DNA of 36,629 nucleotides. Origin: Chiloscyllium plagiosum (lineage: Eukaryota). Location of the stretch: positions 102,686,358 to 102,722,986 of the forward strand of contig NC_057717.1 in assembly GCF_004010195.1 (NCBI RefSeq), given 5' to 3'. Below are positions 34,901 through 36,629 of the stretch, piece after piece (the first letter of the stretch is position 1; every line of letters begins with the position of its first letter). A program made the translations under genes and the position numbers. Below the pieces are notes generated by a model. The model was not told the origin of the DNA and did no database searches. It worked only from the letters and a program-made list of their open reading frames with translations.

Positions 34901-35542
34901 CCCAAACACATACACACCCACATAGACATACACGCACACCCACATGGACAAACACAGATGCATACACATACACATACACAGACACACACAAGCACAGACT
35001 CACACACAGGTGCGCACATTGATGCACACACAAGTATGCACACAGATGCACACACAGAGACAGACACAGACACACATGTACACACAGACACGCATAAGCA
35101 CACAGACAAACACACACACAGGCATAAACTCATACAGACTCACATGCGCACACTGACACACACACAAACACACATGCGCACACTGACACACACACAATCA
35201 CTGACACTCTCAAACAGACGCACACATTTTAAATGGGATCAGTTTTCCCAGGATGATGAAGGAGTCTTCTTCCAGTTACCTTGGTCCCGTCTCCTGGGGG
35301 ATGAAGGACACAGTCAAAATACTTGCCCCTTGCGTCCGTTCGGCATTTTCCCAGTGACAGAGCGGGAAAGAGAAATCTGGTAAAGATTAAGTATCTCTGG
35401 AGAATATTTTTCGCTAGCTCCAGCTGCAATCACGTGATGTCAGAACGGTTTGACCTCTCTTTTCAACTCTTTCTGACAGGGTCTTCCAGGAACTCCAGGG
35501 CTGAAGGGTGTGCGTGGACAGCCTGGTAACCCAGGGCAACCG
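13840..35542 (+). CDS. col5a3: Partial multi-exon gene for a type V/XI fibrillar collagen alpha chain, probably alpha-3(V): join(13840..13971,17874..18035,21259..21402,24472..24636,27161..27217,28781..28822,35480..35542)
   Basis: Seven AG/GT-bounded phase-0 exons splice into an open 255-aa frame: TSPN C-terminus, basic block, acidic Tyr-rich blocks, KGEKGEKG..IEP, then Gly-X-Y. Sizes 132 and 57/42/63 match exons 5 and 9-11 of COL5A1-type genes as I recall them. A T-x-RPR..KGRK..KGKGR basic block directly after the TSPN exon is the COL5A3 arrangement. Collagen V/XI identity is firm; the paralogue call is less so. Confidence 0.8.
14208..14312. mobile_element. Penelope-like family B, centrally deleted palindrome
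   Basis: aaagttcaaaatgacacaacaccaggttat / acaacctgatgttgtctgattttgaacttt; no hammerhead retained. Confidence 0.65.
15510..16060 (+). mobile_element. Old L2-type LINE 3' remnant
   Basis: Traces of L2 ORF2 end motifs (aactactccaatgccctc = NYSNAL; FK.L..VF; ctggaatgtcctccct = WN.LP). Confidence 0.5.
16591..17008 (-). mobile_element. CR1 LINE 3' fragment
   Basis: Tail catacagcatggaagcagaccc; ttccacatgcgaaccaccctctg is the reverse of QRVVRMW; similar to 207-562. Confidence 0.8.
17087..17118 (+). ncRNA. Minimal type I hammerhead ribozyme motif (ACGU stem III palindrome)
   Basis: CUGAUGA-A-GGGC-uuuu-GCCC-GAAA-CGUC; all core nucleotides present; stem I only about 2 bp. Confidence 0.65.
17087..17214 (+). 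mobile_element. Penelope-like family A, single arm
   Basis: Same arm as at 8612, 25197 and 28472; flanked by cctgtttat (17078-17086) / cctgttgat (17215-17223). Confidence 0.7.
17359..17543. mobile_element. Penelope-like palindromic remnant, family B
   Basis: Inverted arms of about 50 bp around a hammerhead core. Confidence 0.72.
17422..17456 (+). ncRNA. Minimal type I hammerhead ribozyme motif (AGCU stem III palindrome)
   Basis: CAC-CUGAUGA-A-GGAGC-guc-GCUCC-GAAA-GCUA-GUG: 3-bp stem I, 5-bp stem II, intact core, predicted cleavage after A17453. Confidence 0.72.
17874..18035 (+). CDS. col5a3: Collagen variable-region exon (about exon 6), highly basic: TATTRPRHKKRRKGRKRSRKKGKGRSKKSKKNRRKKKKDRAARQKIETFGVGEQ
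   Basis: Long pyrimidine tract ending tttttacag|ACA; donor CAG|gtagac (weak); 162 nt, phase 0-0; 28 of 54 residues are K/R; resembles the basic segment of COL5A3. Confidence 0.88.
18325..18505 (+). mobile_element. tRNA-derived SINE family C
   Basis: A box tagctcagttgg, B-box-like gggttcaa, body shared with 7700-7910. Confidence 0.68.
18506..18640 (-). mobile_element. Penelope-like terminal fragment, third family, with hammerhead motif at 18588-18627 (-)
   Basis: Minus strand reads UCA-CUGAAGA-U-GUUACC-uaguau-GGUGAC-GAAA-UGUC-UGA. Confidence 0.65.
18850..19088 (+). mobile_element. LINE 3' end sharing its tail with SINE family B
   Basis: gctgggtcaaaatgctggaac..caagatggcagctcacc..ccttctccagggcagctaaagatggc..tagccagc..tgaatgaaaa. 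Confidence 0.55.
20232..20686. repeat. Inverted repeat of a CR1 3' tail segment, 76-bp arms (20232-20307, 20611-20686)
   Basis: 73 of 76 positions match by manual comparison; 303-nt spacer. Confidence 0.92.
20932..21175 (+). repeat. Tandem duplication (121 + 123 bp)
   Basis: Copies start at 20932 and 21053 and differ by one substitution and two homopolymer-length changes. Confidence 0.95.
21259..21402 (+). CDS. col5a3: Collagen variable-region exon (about exon 7), acidic/Tyr-rich: DKEQPQLEEAENNYDYFLGAEYYTDLESVLLNSSANAEVGAENVTDHE
   Basis: Acceptor ctttctccccag|GAC with upstream cctaac branch-like motif, donor GAG|gtaacc, 144 nt, phase 0-0; composition typical of type V/XI variable regions. 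Confidence 0.88.
21937..22310. repeat. Degenerate (CT)n tract
   Basis: Visible directly. Confidence 0.9.
22584..22893 (-). mobile_element. V-SINE
   Basis: A/B boxes, V domain, duplicated internal segment. Confidence 0.85.
23532..23840 (-). mobile_element. SINE family B
   Basis: Similar to 12150-12482. Confidence 0.75.
23922..24073 (-). mobile_element. V-SINE 5' half
   Basis: V domain and tRNA head present, tail absent. Confidence 0.82.
24110..24445 (+). mobile_element. Degenerate SINE family B
   Basis: ctacatgtgactccagacc..gggcaattaggga..cccatgaaaaa. Confidence 0.65.
24472..24636 (+). CDS. col5a3: Collagen variable-region exon (about exon 8), acidic/Tyr-rich: TMQEELIEESEGPFTSEYGIGHYGTDINDYFDGDYDDRWNERYGPAVRVDIQDTL
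   Basis: Acceptor ctcctttttgattacag|ACC, donor CTG|gtaaac, 165 nt, phase 0-0; ends with a GP..QDT motif like that preceding the minor helix in COL5A1. Confidence 0.88.
25197..25399. mobile_element. Penelope-like palindromic remnant, family A
   Basis: Inverted arms; decayed hammerhead ctgatgaagggcttatgctcaaaatgtc; flanked by ggtagatatct (25185-25195) / ggtagatacct (25400-25410). Confidence 0.72.
25591..25897 (-). mobile_element. V-SINE
   Basis: A/B boxes, V domain, tail. Confidence 0.85.
26230..26358. mobile_element. Penelope-like family B, partial palindrome
   Basis: gttaaaaatcacac..gtgtgatttttaac arms. Confidence 0.62.
26426..26605 (-). mobile_element. CR1 LINE 3' end
   Basis: catagagtcatagag..acagcatggaaacagg..ccatatccctc tail. 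Confidence 0.75.
27161..27217 (+). CDS. col5a3: Collagen exon (about exon 9): TPSLKGEKGEKGAPAVIEP
   Basis: Acceptor ttatttctag|ACG, donor CCT|gtgagt, 57 nt; matches the conserved GEKG.KG.PA.IEP motif. Not in the ORF track. Confidence 0.95.
27977..28471. repeat. Degenerate (CA)n/(CATA)n tract
   Basis: Visible directly; resumes at 28678-28700 after the insertion. Confidence 0.92.
28472..28677. mobile_element. Young Penelope-like palindromic insertion, family A variant, with hammerhead motif at 28583-28618 (+)
   Basis: 75-bp arms (28506-28580 / 28603-28677, 2 mismatches); perfect 14-bp TSD TATATGCATACACA; core CUGAAGA-A-GGGC-cugu-GCCC-GAAA-CGUC. Confidence 0.78.
28781..28822 (+). CDS. col5a3: Collagen exon (about exon 10): GMLLPGPAGPQGPQ
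   Basis: Acceptor ttttgtttgaag|GGA, donor CAG|gtaagt, 42 nt; GML..GP.GP.GP start of the minor triple helix. Confidence 0.95.
29374..29747 (+). pseudogene. tRNA-Val(CAC) pseudogene split by a SINE (29374-29417 and 29721-29747)
   Basis: Rejoined halves atctctgtcgtgtagtggttaaaacactcacctCACaagcggaa / tccctgattcgaaagtgggcagaaata are collinear with vertebrate tRNA-Val-CAC; acceptor stem pairs at 6 of 7 positions; T loop TTCGAAA. Confidence 0.75.
29418..29720 (+). mobile_element. V-SINE (HE1-like), full length, young
   Basis: A box, B box ggttcaattcc, V domain, taatctaa tail; closely similar to the reverse complement of 4355-4666. Confidence 0.9.
30438..30726 (-). mobile_element. V-SINE
   Basis: Tail gaatccctacagtgtgg, V domain, B box ggaatcgaaccc on +. 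Confidence 0.82.
31835..32480 (+). mobile_element. CR1 LINE 3' fragment (ORF2 C-terminus with frameshift, plus 3' UTR)
   Basis: [45 protein letters not shown]..YEERL, then in another frame MKGID..TRTRGHSLKI..RRNFF.Q.VVNLWSSLP. Confidence 0.92.
33700..34070 (-). mobile_element. CR1 LINE 3' fragment
   Basis: gtaggagcaggagtaggccattcggccc tail; agagaattccacagg..ctctgg..gaagacatttctcctca. Confidence 0.75.
34753..35227. repeat. Degenerate (CA)n tract
   Basis: Visible directly; source of the HT and VC ORFs. Confidence 0.92.
35480..35542 (+). CDS. col5a3: Collagen exon (about exon 11): GLPGTPGLKGVRGQPGNPGQP
   Basis: Acceptor ctctttctgacag|GGT, donor CCG|gtaagt, 63 nt, seven perfect Gly-X-Y triplets. 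Confidence 0.96.
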
Positions 35543-36629
35543 GTAAGTGTTGGCACTCGATCATCATGGTAGCACCCCACGGAACTGAAAGCTGGACCCT
35601 GGGTATAGCCCCTCAGAAGGGGGCATGGCCACAGTTACTTCTACCCTCATCTGGGGTTGACGTGGGGAGAGGGTCACAGAGGGTTCTGCCAAGATGCCCT
35701 AGGCGGAGGATCGGTGGGTCACTGAGGATGGCGTTACTTTGGGGCAAATTTTCCCACGTTGTGAGCGAGGGCAGCAAGGAACATTGCAGGCTGTTCCTCA
35801 AGAGAATCTCCGAGCTGGGGATATTCCTGAGCCTTTGTGCAAGGGGCTGCCCATGGGCTTTTCAGGAACATCCATGGGTTCTGACTCTCAATGCTTTCCA
35901 TGTGATGTTTCCGCTCCCTTGCGCAGTAAACACTACAATATGCTGGACAGGTCTCTGCTATTGTTCTCCGAGTGGTGAGGGGAGAGGCCATTTGAGATCA
36001 GACGAATCTGAGCCAACAGATGATTCGAAACACATACAGTGCAGCAACAAAATGCCACGTATCACAGCAACAAAGGATATGAGCCACACGTTTTACGAGG
36101 GGGAGGAAGATTTTGGAGGTAATTAGTTCAGGCTCACTGAATCCTTTAAAGACGTTTTGACCAGGGATCTGGAAACCTACAAATGAGAAGGTTGACATGT
36201 CTGAGAAATTTCACACCTTGATAATTGCCAGGCAATTTATTTTTTTTTAACATATTCTCACTGTCATTTTTGTCTGATTTGTGTTAACTTCCCTCACTTT
36301 CATCCTCTCCCTATCACAGTCTCTCCTATATGATTTGTCTCACCATCTTTGCGTTCTCCGTCCCCACATTCAAGCCCTTCTTAGCTCCCTCGCGTTGTTT
36401 CTAGTCTCCTTCCTTACCCCTTGGCCCTTCATTCCAGCGTTGTTGCTTCTCGTTTCCCCGTCGCGTTCTTGGGAGGCCCTCGCCATCCATGTTTACCCCA
36501 ATCCCTCTCCCCTCAAAGTAACCCAGTCCCACACTGAGCCAGCGCAGTGTTAGGGAGGGATGGTAGGCGAAGGGGACGGGGGAGCTCATTGGGAGGGATG
36601 GTGGTGGGGGGTGGGGGGCGACATTGGGA

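Noticed and set aside
36550..36629. G-rich end with G-quadruplex potential; also the poly-C run at 1390-1410
   Set aside because: Low-complexity and truncated by the window edge, with no evidence of function.

Overview
This is eukaryotic, repeat-rich genomic DNA. The SINE, CR1 and Penelope repertoire suggests a cartilaginous fish such as a shark (inference from recalled repeat families). The window holds seven consecutive + strand, phase-0 exons (132, 162, 144, 165, 57, 42 and 63 nt; 255 codons) of a type V/XI fibrillar collagen gene, most likely col5a3. They encode the end of the TSPN/PARP N-propeptide, one very basic and two acidic Tyr-rich variable-region segments, and the start of the minor triple helix. 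Everything else is intron, filled with V-SINE (HE1-like) and other tRNA-derived SINEs, CR1 and L2 LINE fragments, solo LTRs, microsatellites and palindromic Penelope-like remnants. The main non-coding observations are: (1) minimal hammerhead-ribozyme motifs from three Penelope-like families, several sense to the collagen pre-mRNA; (2) a tRNA-Val(CAC) pseudogene split by a SINE; (3) a 53-bp minisatellite of about 23 units grown from a SINE-internal segment; (4) a five-element nested insertion with recognisable target-site duplications; and (5) several candidate splicing-relevant structures around the variable-region exons. Almost all ORF-track ORFs are repeat artefacts. Repeat boundaries are approximate, and family names come from recognition rather than a database search.
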